Shown here: piece after piece, positions 15,995-52,600 of the stretch
Numbering within the stretch: position 1 is the first letter of the stretch
How the letters are laid out: each line of letters begins with the position of its first letter
Origin: Macrostomum lignano
Taxonomy: Eukaryota
DNA length: 64,000 bases
Assembly: GCA_002269645.1 (NCBI GenBank)
Contig: NIVC01000432.1
Coordinates: 310,001 to 374,000 of the forward strand
Reading direction: 5' to 3'
Program-made: the position numbers and the translations under genes
Notes under the pieces: generated by a model
Told to the model about the DNA's origin: nothing
The model's input: only the letters and a program-made list of their open reading frames with translations
Databases searched by the model: none

Positions 15995-17635
15995 TCGAAA
16001 TCAACTGCTCGGAAACAGCACAGAGTACTCGTAAGGTCTGATGTCCGGAGTCCCAATCAAATAATCGAGAGCAGCTGAATGAGAATTAGGGATCGAACAA
16101 AGTCTATATTATTTTTCCCCTCCACAGTTTTCTCGAGCTCTTATTTTTTAAGCTTGCAACTCGATCTCTAAGTCAGAGCATTCTCTGTGCAATGACCAGC
16201 TGTTTCGATAAGTGTTCGCTTCTCTGAGGAATTCTTTTTTCTGACGGATCGTCTCAATAAGATTGCCCAAAACAGTCCAGCTTTTTGTCGCCTCGGCTTA
16301 ACAAAAAAATACAAAGATCGGTCCAGGTAAACTCGGCAAATGCAAAACTCAATTCGGCATGCTTTTTTAACTTAATTTTCTTAATATTAAGTAAACAATA
16401 CTTAACAATATTAAACAATTGTTTATACCTACATAAATATAATATTTCATGTATCTTCTCAAAGCTAAAATGACGACTGAATTATAGCATGAAGTAACAC
16501 GTGAGCGTACATTTACAAACACACCAACGAACACTAGCTATATACAAATATACTTTTGTACATTGCGACTATTGTACATATAAATGTACATGTACATCTA
16601 GTCCTTGCACTCGTTATCGGTAATTTGAATCGTATTTGAACAATTAAGTGTCGTTTTACACCACCAAAAAGATTTTAATGTGAAAATCATCTGAAAATAA
16701 TCGAAACGGATCCAGTAGTCTAATGAACATCTTACATGTATAGAGGACGCGGCACAACATTATTATGTAACTTTTGTAAAGCGGAACTTTAGTATAACTC
16801 GATCAGATGCATGTACATGTGCATCATATCAATCTTGTACGCCTTTGAAGCCTTTTGTCTTTATAAATATCATATCGATTTTCATATTCTTATCAAAATT
16901 GTATTTTTGTGCTTGGAGTCCTAAATTTGTAACTTTAGTATTCAATATTCCTTGATTTTAGTTATAACTATGGCAGTTCGTAAGCGAAAGATAGTAATTG
17001 TACATTGGAAAGTGTTGGGTAAAATAAAATTCACAAAATCAGTGTAAATTTAGCATGAATTTAGCATGGGGAACAAAAACGGGATTTAAATCTTGTAGTC
17101 CAGCCATCACCTACCAAGAAGTAAAATTTCATTTGAAGAGAGTTTTAAGTTGAAGTTTAAAGAAGCTTCAAAACTAAAATAAGTTGACAAAGCATTGAAA
17201 AAAACGAAAAAACGTATTGTGACAGAGAAGCCAATTGATCATATTTTGCGTAAATAATTCAGAAACACAACCTATTTAAAACAAAAATTTATACAGCTTT
17301 TAAACAAAAAGGCGTTTCATATTTTAATAGCTTATGAAAAAACAAATATACTAATCTTTACAAAGTTTTGCTTACTGTTAAGCAACATTACTGTGTTCGA
17401 TATTTGTTTCGTTCCAACAATTCAAAGATGTCACTTCTAGGAATACCAATACCTTAAAAAATTAAAACTCTAAGTTTACAGTTTACTCAGGCCGTTTAAG
17501 TAACTTTGCAATATTATTATTATTGATATATATAAACGGAAACAATATGTTTAGCTTATCTTTATTTTAATTTCATATCCTGCTGCTATAAACAATTGAA
17601 TTAGCATTTAAAGCACAACAGTTCCAAAAATCCAT

Positions 17636-17885
17636 ATACTAAAAATTAAAATACTATCATTTTGTACCATGCCAGTCGAGTCCACTAAGTTTGTACTGCT
17701 ATGCTGGAAGCTGGATATAAATTTATCTTTCCTTTGTTTATACTATACTTAAAATATACTAAAAATACTAAAAATTAAAATATACTAAAAATTAAAATAC
17801 TATCATTTTGTACCATGCCAGTCGAGTCCACTAAGTTTGTACTGCTATGCTGGAAGCTGGATATAAATTTATCTTTCCTTTGTTT
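17636..17885. repeat. Local direct duplication of about 100 bp
   Basis: AAAAATTAAAATACTATCATTTTGTACCATGCCAGTCGAG...TTTCCTTTGTTT occurs at about 17641-17740 and again at about 17787-17885. Confidence 0.85.
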
Positions 17886-18202
17886 TAACACCCATTCATA
17901 CTCATAGAGAAATAAATATAAGTCAAATTTCTGAAGGTAGCAAACTGCACTGCTGCAAGCAAGTTTAAAATATGGAAGCACTTTCATTTCAAATTAATAA
18001 TAAAGGACAAAAATATCCTTATCCTTAATTTCTTTGAACAAAAATAAACAAAAGCAAAAATAATATTCTATTGTAAATAGATTCTAGGCTAGATTGCTAT
18101 TGTAAAGTTTTAAGAGCCAAGCTAGTCTAGATACAGAGGCTTTGTGGGTTATATATAGCCTATAAGCCAGATATATAAGTTTTTCTCTAGTACTAGTGGG
18201 TC

Positions 18203-18503
18203 TATGAGAATTGCCTATACAGACAAATTGCCTATCAACATTTTGCAAAGTGCAATTTTCCTACAAATAAATTACCTGCAAGCAAATTGCCTGCCAAGTT
18301 TTTTCCACCAAATTTTGTTTGCAATGCTTTTTTATTATAATGCATTTAGCCACATAGCAGATTTTGTCTTGTTGGCAAATCTTAGCAGGCAAATCTTGAT
18401 GGGCAATTTGCTCATATGCATAATGTACCATGGGCAAATCTTGGCAGGGAAAGCTTGACAGGCAAATCTTGGTAGGCAATTTAGTCTGTGGGCAATTCTT
18501 ATG
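18203..18503. mobile_element. Degenerate MITE-like element with imperfect 40-45 bp inverted ends
   Basis: Left TATGAGAATTGCCTATACAGACAAATTGCCTATCAA versus reverse complement of the right end CATAAGAATTGCCCACAGACTAAATTGCCTACCAA; internal GGCAAATCTT-like subrepeats. No clear TSD. Confidence 0.5.
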
Positions 18504-18747
18504 CTTCCAGTACTTGTATAAAAAATCACATATAGGCCATAGGGCATCATTTGAAAATATTCTTTTTGAACCCAGGATACCATTTTAATAAATATGCATT
18601 AATAAATTATAGGTATACTATTGACTTACTCTTGATTTAGAGTTCTAACAGACTATAAATAATATATAGCTTGTAGGCCTGAATATTTTCATGGCCAAAT
18701 AAATTATTCACTATAATGATTACCCTTGAAAAGGTAATAGACAAAAC

Positions 18748-19045
18748 CATACATGCGCAAAAGTCGGCCGAGTCGGCCGATCCAGCCGACCGATTTGGTG
18801 GCCAACCAAGGAAGTCACAAAAATGCCCACCCGAAAAAGCACCAAAGTAGTAGTACTAAGTAGCTGACGAGGCATTTTTGGCTTAAAAGACAGTTATAGT
18901 TACTCCTGCCGTTTACCCAAAATTTCGTTAATTTTGCTTCAGGGTTTTTTTACATGTAAGTCGCATTTTTGACCAAAAACTACGTCGCATTTTTGTTAAA
19001 ACTAAGTCGCATGGCCGACCGAATTTTGGAGGTTGCGTATGTATG
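18748..19045. mobile_element. Non-autonomous hAT-type DNA transposon (MITE), 298 bp
   Basis: 13-bp TIRs CATACATGCGCAA / TTGCGTATGTATG (1 mismatch); exact 8-bp TSD GACAAAAC at 18740-18747 and 19046-19053; subterminal GTCGGCCGA/GTCGCAT repeats. An 8-bp TSD with short TIRs is typical of hAT. Confidence 0.82.
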
Positions 19046-19715
19046 GACAAAACTTAGTGGACAGAATCATTGCCAATCCTAGAAAGAGCAATCATGTAGA
19101 TCATGCAATGCTTTAGTTTATATATAATTTTTTAAATTGATTTTTAAGAAAATTAGCTAGCCTGCTTGAGATATAAGGAAGATTAAAAAATGCCATTTTG
19201 CCACAAAGTAATAGGTTGTTCATATAAATATAGCTAGAGAACTTTTATAGCTTAAGATAAAGCTAGTTATAGTGACTCACTGAGATAGGAGTCAAAAATA
19301 TTATCAATGGTATTATGCTAGCAGTAGATTTCATTATATAATGCTATAATTTTTTAAAGATGTCTTGCCCCATTGTTTAAAATTCATGTATATCTTGATT
19401 ATGTTTTAATAAATTTATTTCTGTTTGTCCAGAATTTTTTGCAAATAAATTTTTATATAGTTGTCATATTCGAAGCAAGAATTACTCTATTGTCAATTTT
19501 GAAAATCAAAATATCTGGGAATAATAATATATTTTTTCCTAATTTTTCCTATTGTCAACACTAATTAAATTTTAAGAAAGGTTATAAAAATTAAAGAAAA
19601 TTTAAAAAATAGAATTTTTCAATTGCAGAAGTCCCCAGAAAAAGCAGACAGCAGAAGCGCGGCAGAAGCAGAATCTTCTAGCCAAATTGCCACCGCTCAG
19701 CAGCGCTAAGCCGCA

Positions 19716-44459
<24,744 letters not shown>

Positions 44460-44477
<18 letters not shown>

Positions 44478-44820
44478 CCCGCTGACCTGCCTGTCCTGAC
44501 CCACCAACTTGACCCACCGACTCACTGACCCGCTGACCTGCCTGTCCTGACCCACCAACTTGACCCACCGACTCACTGACCCGCTGACCTACCTCTCCTG
44601 ACCCACCAACTTGACCTACCGACTCACTGACCCACTAACCTGCCTGTCCTGACCCACCAACTTGACCCACTGACTCACTGACCCGCTGACCTGCCTGTCC
44701 TGACCCACCAACTTGACCCACTGACTCACTGACCCGCTGACTTACCTGTCCTGACCCTCCCTAACCCTATTCTACCCTACCCTACCCTACCCAACCTACC
44801 CTACCCTACCCCTTACCCTA
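44460..44820. repeat. 51-bp minisatellite whose first unit contains the par-3 stop codon, followed by an (ACCCT)n-like tail
   Basis: Unit GACCCAC(T/C)GACTCACTGACCCGCTGACCTGCCTGTCCTGACCCACCAACTT, about 6 copies. Confidence 0.92.
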
Positions 44821-46789
44821 GCTTTAACCCTACCTGAAGACTGAGCTTCATGCTCGTCAAGACTCCGTTCGAATTACGAGCTATACAAGCTCTGCCCTGC
44901 TCCGAAGTATAATTTCATAGAATTGTTTATTAAAATGTCCAACCGCTTGTCATCTGTGATTGTCTAAAGTTTTAGAAAACTTCAGATCCAACTTAGTCAA
45001 TTGAGATTGAGATATTGTGTACACAAAATTTTCATCGAATTTTTTGGGAATATTTGAAATTTCTGCTGCCTGGATTTTTTTGCGGCAATTTAAATTCTCG
45101 AGCTCAGTTTCAAACACATATTTTACTAATTTGTTAATTATTATTTTCTTATTGCAGTTTGGCCGCTACCTGTAAATAAACTTAACAGGTTTATTTTGTT
45201 ATTGCAGTTTTTATTCTCATATTCTCTTCTCTTAACTGTGCGACCCCCCCGTCTGTCTGTCTGAGTGCTGCATTTCAACTAACCAGCGTATTCTGCAAGT
45301 CTCGATCAGAGATATTAAATTATTAATATTATTATTATTATATGAATATTTTTGCTACTCAAACGCACAAAAAATTCCCATAAATCTGTCAGTTTTGTCC
45401 TCATTTTCTAGCTCAGTTACTATCGGTAGTGCGATAGGCGTTTTCTTGTCGGAATTCGTCGAGTAGAGTCAAGCAAATGAGGTTTTGAGTTTGTTTTTTT
45501 CTTCTGTTAGCTAGTTATGTTTTCAGTTTTATAAACAAATAACCGTGAATTAATACTCAAATTTTGATAGATCCCTTTCCTCGTTTTGATTCTGTCTCCG
45601 TCTATATTTTTATTTTTACTGTTGAAAAGTCAACGCACAAGAAAGTATTGAACTTTTATGCAGGCTGTTTGGTCCGGCGCTGAGAGTCCGCTGTGAACCC
45701 TGTCTACCCTACAGATACTGAAATAACTAGATGGGGCCACTCAGGCATATATGCTTAGCAAAACAGCTTTCTACTTTCAGTTCAGTAGCAAAGACGAATA
45801 CATAAGCTATTTTATAAGAATAAAGGCAGCTGAAACAACTTTGATAAGTTTAGAAGCCCAAGCTTGCAGACGTAAACAACTTGCTAATTGGTTCAGCCAT
45901 AATGTACATTGGCCACTGAAAATGTACATGGCAGCTCTAGACTGGAACAACCGAGGAAGGTAGTAAAAATTTTTGGGGTCGCGGGGCAGGGGTAGAGGTT
46001 CTGTGTGGAGTTTAAGGGTTTTAGCTTGGGGTGGGTAAGAGCCAATAAAAAAGTGGAATGTTAAAAATACATTAAAATGCTTCAGTTTAACTTACTACTG
46101 AACTGAGAGTAGCTTCCACGCAAATGTACTGAGTGGCCCATTGAGTTATTCTGATATCTGTGGTCTACAGCCTACACCATACTATTGGCAACTCTTGTGC
46201 GTCTCCTTCCAGCCTTTTTTTGATTCGAATTTTTGTTTCTCATATCAATTGTCCTAGCATGTTTTCAATATCGAATTAAAGCCTTCACGTTTACTCCTGT
46301 GGCGCCATCAAGAGTCGCTTGTTTTGTATCAATATTTTTTTTACTTTAATCCATAAGAAATCTCTCCTATCATTTTTCTCTTTCACGAGTTTTGTCCTGT
46401 GTGTTCCGAGTTTCCGTTGGCCTGCACATTAATTATTAATTGTTGCTTGTTTATACTATGCAAACCTGACTGAGTGTTCTTTAATTATGCAACAAATCTC
46501 CTGAAGCATTCGTTTGGGCATAAAATCAGCTCTTGCATCTTAAACAATTAAATTTGTCTATAATGTTTATCTGTCCTCATATACCATACTTTGGCATTTT
46601 TTCTAAATTATATAGTCTACCTGCGGTACTGTGTGATGAAACCGTTAAAATAGCAGCGCAAAATGCTGGATTAAAATATCTGACAGCTGTTAGCTGGTCT
46701 GGCTTTGTTATTTTCCTACTGAATTCAAAGCTCAGTTCACATTTGGAGCAGTCAATGAGGATAGTTGTTTTTGAGTGAGGTAGCGCTTG

Positions 46790-47290
46790 AGTCAGGGGGT
46801 CGCTAAATAGGGGGTGTCAGGGGGTCGCTAAATAGGGGGTGTCAGGGGGTCGCTAAATAGGGGTGTCAGGGGGTCGTTAAATAGGGGGTGTCAGGGATTG
46901 CCAAGTAGGGGGGTGTCAGAGGGTCGCGTAGATGGGTGTCAGAGGGATGCCGAAATGGGTGTCAGAGGGTCGCGTAGATTGGTGTCAGAGGGATGCCTAA
47001 ATGAGTGTCAGAGGGTCGCCTAACTGGGTGTCAGAGGGTCGCGTAGATGGGTGTCAGAGGGCTGCCTAAATGGGTGTCAGAGGGTTGCCTCAATGGGTGT
47101 CAGAGGGTTACCTAAATGGGTGTCAGAGGGTTACCTCAATGGGTGTCAGAGGGCTGCCTAAATTGGTGTCAGATGGTTGCCTAAATGGTTTCAGAGGGTT
47201 GTCTCAATGGGTGTCAAAGGGTTGCCTAAACTGGTGTCAGAGGTTCGCTAAATATGGAGTGTCAGGGTGTCGCTAAACTTTAAGCGCAGG
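46790..47290. repeat. Degenerate about 22-bp minisatellite GGGTGTCAGAGGGTTGCCTAAAT
   Basis: Read directly. Confidence 0.88.
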
Positions 47291-47564
47291 TGTCAGAATA
47301 CTCTAAATACGAGTGTATAAGCACCCAAAGATATTACAAGCCAATGCAATTTAAAACTGCATCTTTAGCCGCATAGGAGAGCTGAGCCGATTGGGATTCT
47401 GCTTTATTTTACACAGATCCTAGTGGGGGGCTTTGTTCATATAGGGGAATATCGACTTGTTAATGGGGAGTGAAATAGAAATCATTTTAGCCAGCGAGTT
47501 GAAGCGCATAGAACTATTTGTGAGTCCAGTTTAGGAGGGAGATGCGAGCAGCATCGCCGCCGAT

Positions 47565-48103
47565 TCAGAAGTACCAGACTCGCTCCTTGGGCTTGTTGGG
47601 ATTCCGGTTGCGCTGCTCGCCTGCGGCGGCACCTGGCTCGGCTGCGAGCGCCTCCTCGGCTTTGGCTTCGACCCGTTGAATATCTCGACTATTCAGCATG
47701 TACTTGTACTTCTCCCAGTCGTCTTCGTTATAAAACAGGCGTGCGTCTGGCGCCACAGGCCCGGCCGGGTGCTCGTTGCTGAGCGTCTGGTGCTCGGCTG
47801 AGAAGAACACGGGCCGGCCGCGCCAGCGCTCCGCGTACGGCGCCGGTGCGTGCTCGGCCGCGTGGCAGCCAACGCCAGTCGTTGACGAGGCTGCGCTTGG
47901 CCAGCCAGACACAGCGGCCGTCTTGTCGAGGCCCTGGCCGACCGGATCGCGCGTCACCTGAGGCGGATCGGTGAACCGGTGAGTCTCCGACTGGTAGAAG
48001 CCGGGGCCGCGCCACTGGTGCGAGACGGCGCCCCGGCTGGGCCGGACGGCGCAGGGAATCACCAGGTTCTGCGGCCCGCTCAGATATTTCAGGCGGGCCT
48101 GCT
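47565..48103 (-). CDS. Terminal coding exon of an uncharacterised protein (about 179 aa in this exon); 5' exon(s) not located
   Basis: GC-rich, non-repetitive frame open from a CACAG acceptor (exon start 48103): EQARLKYLSGPQNLVIPCAVRP..QWRGPGFYQSE..PYAERWRGRP..KERVWYF-stop. No family recognised. Confidence 0.7.
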
Positions 48104-49688
48104 CTGTGGTTTGATAGTGTTTTTAATAGAATCATTATATTATTGTGTGCGTCGTTATTTGCATGTCGGGCCTCTAATGTTTTGTCAGGAAGTAAAACAC
48201 GTCCATACTTTTTTATTGAAATATTATCAGAGCTGCGAAGGTGGACGATTTTTGTATTATACTACGCATAACTAGTGTTTAAAACTCAATAATGCCAATA
48301 TGTTATTATTGGGTATCTAAAAGCTGTTCGTATGTTATAAAATTATGTCAAATAATTATACCAAGCAGCTAAACTATGGTATACAAGGGTAATTATTTTA
48401 AAGCGGATTAGTTTCAGTAAAATACCTGTTTCTGAATTTAAAGTTGCCATAAATGCACCCTCAGATTTTATAGAAAGATGTAGGATAAACGATAAAATGA
48501 TCCAACTTGATGTCAAACTAAAAAAGTATTGATACAGTGTTTCTAAATAAATGCCCGCCATTGTCGCCAAGAAAGCATGTATACGATATCAGTATTTCTA
48601 ATTTTGTGGTAGTATTAGAATCTAAAATAATACTTTACACAAATTAAAAACAAGAAAACACTATTTCTGACAGAGGTTGAAATTATAAGTTACAATTTTC
48701 GTTTTACTTTGCGTATTGTTTGTACCGACGATTTTTAACACGTATCTAGCGCAAAATTATTTTAATGTAAGTTCTGCTCTTTTGTGTTTTTGGAAAATTC
48801 TAAGAGAAAACTGAACAGTTTTATTAAATCTATTTCTTTCAATCCATGGGTTCCGTTTTGGCGTTCTGTGGGGAATTTTCAGGGGTTTGAATGCAGCCAG
48901 TCTTCTTTGTAAATTTTTATTTCTGTCTAGCTATTTCTTACATTTTTCAGCAGCTATAGAACTAGAAGAGCTTATTGTTAAACAGACTTTAAAGTATATA
49001 TGTTATTAAAGTATGTTTCTTTTTTTATGCTTTAAACTTTGTTTTTATATGTATTAAAAAATTCAAGCACTAAATGGAATCCAACTCTTGATATTCCTTT
49101 AGTCCTTAGTCACTGGTGGCTGGTGCATGGTGTGTGTGTGTGTGTAGGGAATTTTTTTAGGCTGCATTTATAAAATTTATTTTCTACCTCTCTGAGCTCT
49201 CTAAAAATAAAGCGATGGTAAAAACCCTAGGAGTGATTAAAAAATCTGACTGACTTTTTACTACTTTAGTACTTGGCCAGATTAAAAGTAATTGTTGTCA
49301 GTTAATGTATTTGTACAAATTTATCTAGTCTAAATACTAGATTTTAAACTCAATGTTTGACTTAGCCTCATTAAAGGTACATGTTGATTCATTAATAGTT
49401 TATTGGTTATCAACCAGTTTGATGTCTAGCTTTTTAATTGGCAGTATTTAACATCTTTGTTTTAAGCTGCTATTGTCAATTTGTAAATTTTTTGATCAAT
49501 TATTTATTGGAAACAAATTAATTATAAATTTTCATTTTTCAAGTTAGCTATTGAAGTGTCAAGTAGTGATGCTTTTAAAAAAATTAAATGAATCTTGGTC
49601 CATTATAAAGCGATTTAATGGAGGTAATCTCAATATTGCTTCTTATAGTTAAATTGTTAACATACTTTAAACAAAACAAATCCAGCAG

Positions 49689-52600
49689 ATGGATTCGGAA
49701 GATCCTGATGCGTGCGAGCTCGAGGTGATGGAGATCGGCCACAGCACAGTCAGGTCAGCGGGCAGCGGCGCCAGGGACTCCAGAAAGCCGCCACCGGGCA
49801 GGAAGTCGCATTCAACGGAGCCGCGCCGCCAAAGTCAGCGAGAATTTGATCCGGAAACTCCGCCATCGCCGCAGAAGTCCTCAGCGACGCCGATTATCTC
49901 CACAGTGTCGGAGGACAGCGGCTCCGCGGTCGACCAGCGCCAGGACTGCCTGGTCCGCTTCAACTGGGACCCGCTGCTGGCGGAGGAGGAGGAGCAGCGC
50001 AGGGCCCAGCGGACCAAGAAGAAAATTTTCAGCTCGCAGGGGACGCACAGGGGGCACAGAGTCACCGTGACGCTTGGCGAGAGGGGCATCATCTGGAAGC
50101 AGGGTGGGTTGCTTGGTGACAGAGAGTTCGCTTTGGTTGCTGCATTTCTGTACTTTTGCGCTGAGTCAATGACTGGCGTGGGAAACGGGAAAGATAGAGG
50201 GTTCAGGGAAGGGCAGGAGAGGGGTAGATAGAAGTTCAGTGAAGGTCACGAGAGGGGTAAATAGAAGGTTCAGTGAAGGTCACGAGAGGGATAAGATAGA
50301 AGGTTCAGTGAAGGTCACGAGAGGGATAAGATAGAAGGTTCAGTGAAGGTCACGAGAGGGATAGATAAAGGGTTCAGGGAAGGTCACAAGAGGGACAGAT
50401 AAAGGGTTCAGGGAAAGTCAAGGAGAGGGACAGATAGAGGGTTCAGTGAAGGTCACGAGAGGGATAAGATAGAAGGTTCAGTGAAGGTCACGAGAGGGAT
50501 AGATAAAGGGTTCAGTGAATGTCACGAGAGGGGTAGATAGAAGGTTCAGTGAAGGTCACGAGAGGGATAAGATAGAAGGTTCAGTGAAGGTCACGAGAGG
50601 GATAGATAAAGGGTTCAGTGAAGGTCACGAGAGGGGTAGATAGAAGGTTCAGTGAAGGTCACGAGAGGGATAAGATAGAAGGTTCAGTGAAGGTCACGAG
50701 AGGGATAGATAAAGGGTTCAGGGAAGGTCACAAGAGGGACAGATAAAGGGTTCAGGGAAAGTCAAGGAGAGGGATAGATAGAGGGTTCCGTGAAGGTGAG
50801 GGAGGAACAGAAGTCACAGTAAAGCCACAAGAGAATCGCAGGTAAGATCAGAAACCGCCGCTCCATTCTAAAATCCAGAGCGCCGCGCGGGTTCAGGCGA
50901 TCCATCGAACAGAAGCGACCCTCAGCAGCAGCAGCAGCGGCAGATGGAGACCCTCTGCTATCTCTACGAAGACGTTATCTCAGTGACTGAACGGCCACAG
51001 CCAGCGGGTCAGACATCCCGGATCGTGATCTCAGTTTGCCAGCGCTACAACTCAAGCCAGTTCCGCCTGTTAGAGAAGGAGCTCGATTTGCCGAAGCGCC
51101 GGGACGCCGACCGGTGGGTTCGGTACACGGAGCGAGTGCTGGACTCGATGAAACGGCGAGTGCGCAGCGCGGCGATGTACGTGTGCACCAAGGCTGGCAA
51201 AGGCGCCGCGCTCGGCCTGATGAAGGATCGCGTGCTGCCTCTGTTGAAGAAGTTCGACGTCAAGGTAGGAGTGACAGTTAGCTTGCCAACTTGGCAGACA
51301 ATTTTCTCAAATTCGGCCCTGACCGAACACCTCCGGCACCTGTTCGCTGCAGGTCACCCGAGTCGAGCGGCCAAAGCCGGACGAGCTGGCAGCCTGTCTG
51401 ATGGACTGCCCGACCGAAGAGCTGGAGGACTCTGTCGATGCGCTCATCATCATTGGGGGCGACGGCACCGTTCAGCGCATGTGCGATGCTCTGCTACGGA
51501 GGGCTCAGCAACAGCAGCACCAGCCTCACGACAGTCAAGTCCTGCCGGCCCATCTGCGTGTCTGCATCGTTCCAGCCGGTTTTAACAACGATGTGGCTCG
51601 CAGTTTGCTTGGCACAGTTGAACCTGTGTCACCTGTTGTGCACATGCTGGCTGGTGAGGAACCCTTCACCTGTGACCCTGCTCATTAGACCCTTCTCACC
51701 TAGCTGTGACCCTGCTCATTGAACCATTCTCACCTGTGACCCTGGTCATTGGACCATTCTCACCTGTGACCCTGCTCATTAGACCCTTCTCACCTGTGAC
51801 CCTGCTCATTGGACCCTTCTCACCTGTGACCCTGCTCATTGGACCCTTCTCACCTGTGACCCTGCTCATTAGACCCTTCTCACCTGTGACCCTGCTCATT
51901 GGACCCTTCTCACCTGTGACCCTGCTCATTAGACCCTTCTCACCTGTGACCCTGCTCATTGAACCATTCTCACCTGTGACCCTGGTCATTGGACCATTCT
52001 CACCTGTGACCCTGCTCATTAGACCCTTCTCACCTGTGACCCTGCTCATTGGACCCTTCTCACCTGTGACCCTGCTCATTGGACCCTTCTCACCTGTGAC
52101 CCTGCTCATTAGACCCTTCTCACCTGTGACCCTGCTCATTGGACCCTTCTCACCTGTGACCCTGCTCATTAGACCCTTCTCACCTGTGACCCTGCTCATT
52201 GGACCCTTCTCACCTGTGACCCTGCTCATTGGACCCTTCTCACCTGTGACCCTGCTCATTGGACCCTTCTCACCTGTGACCCTGCTCATTGGACCCTTCT
52301 CACTTGTGACCCTGCTCATTAGACCCTTCTCACCTGTGACCCTGCTCATTAGACCCTTCTCACCTGTGACCCTGCTCATTGGACCCTTCTCACCTGTGAC
52401 CCTGCTCATTAGACCCTTCTCACCTGTGACCCTGCTCATTAGACCCTTCTCACCTGTGACCCTGCTCATTGGACCCTTCTCACCTGTGACCCTGCTCATT
52501 AGACCCTTCTCACCTGTGACCCTGCTCATTGGACCCTTCTCACCTGTGACCCTGCTCATTAGACCCTTCTCACCTGTGACCCTGCTCATTGGACCCTTCT

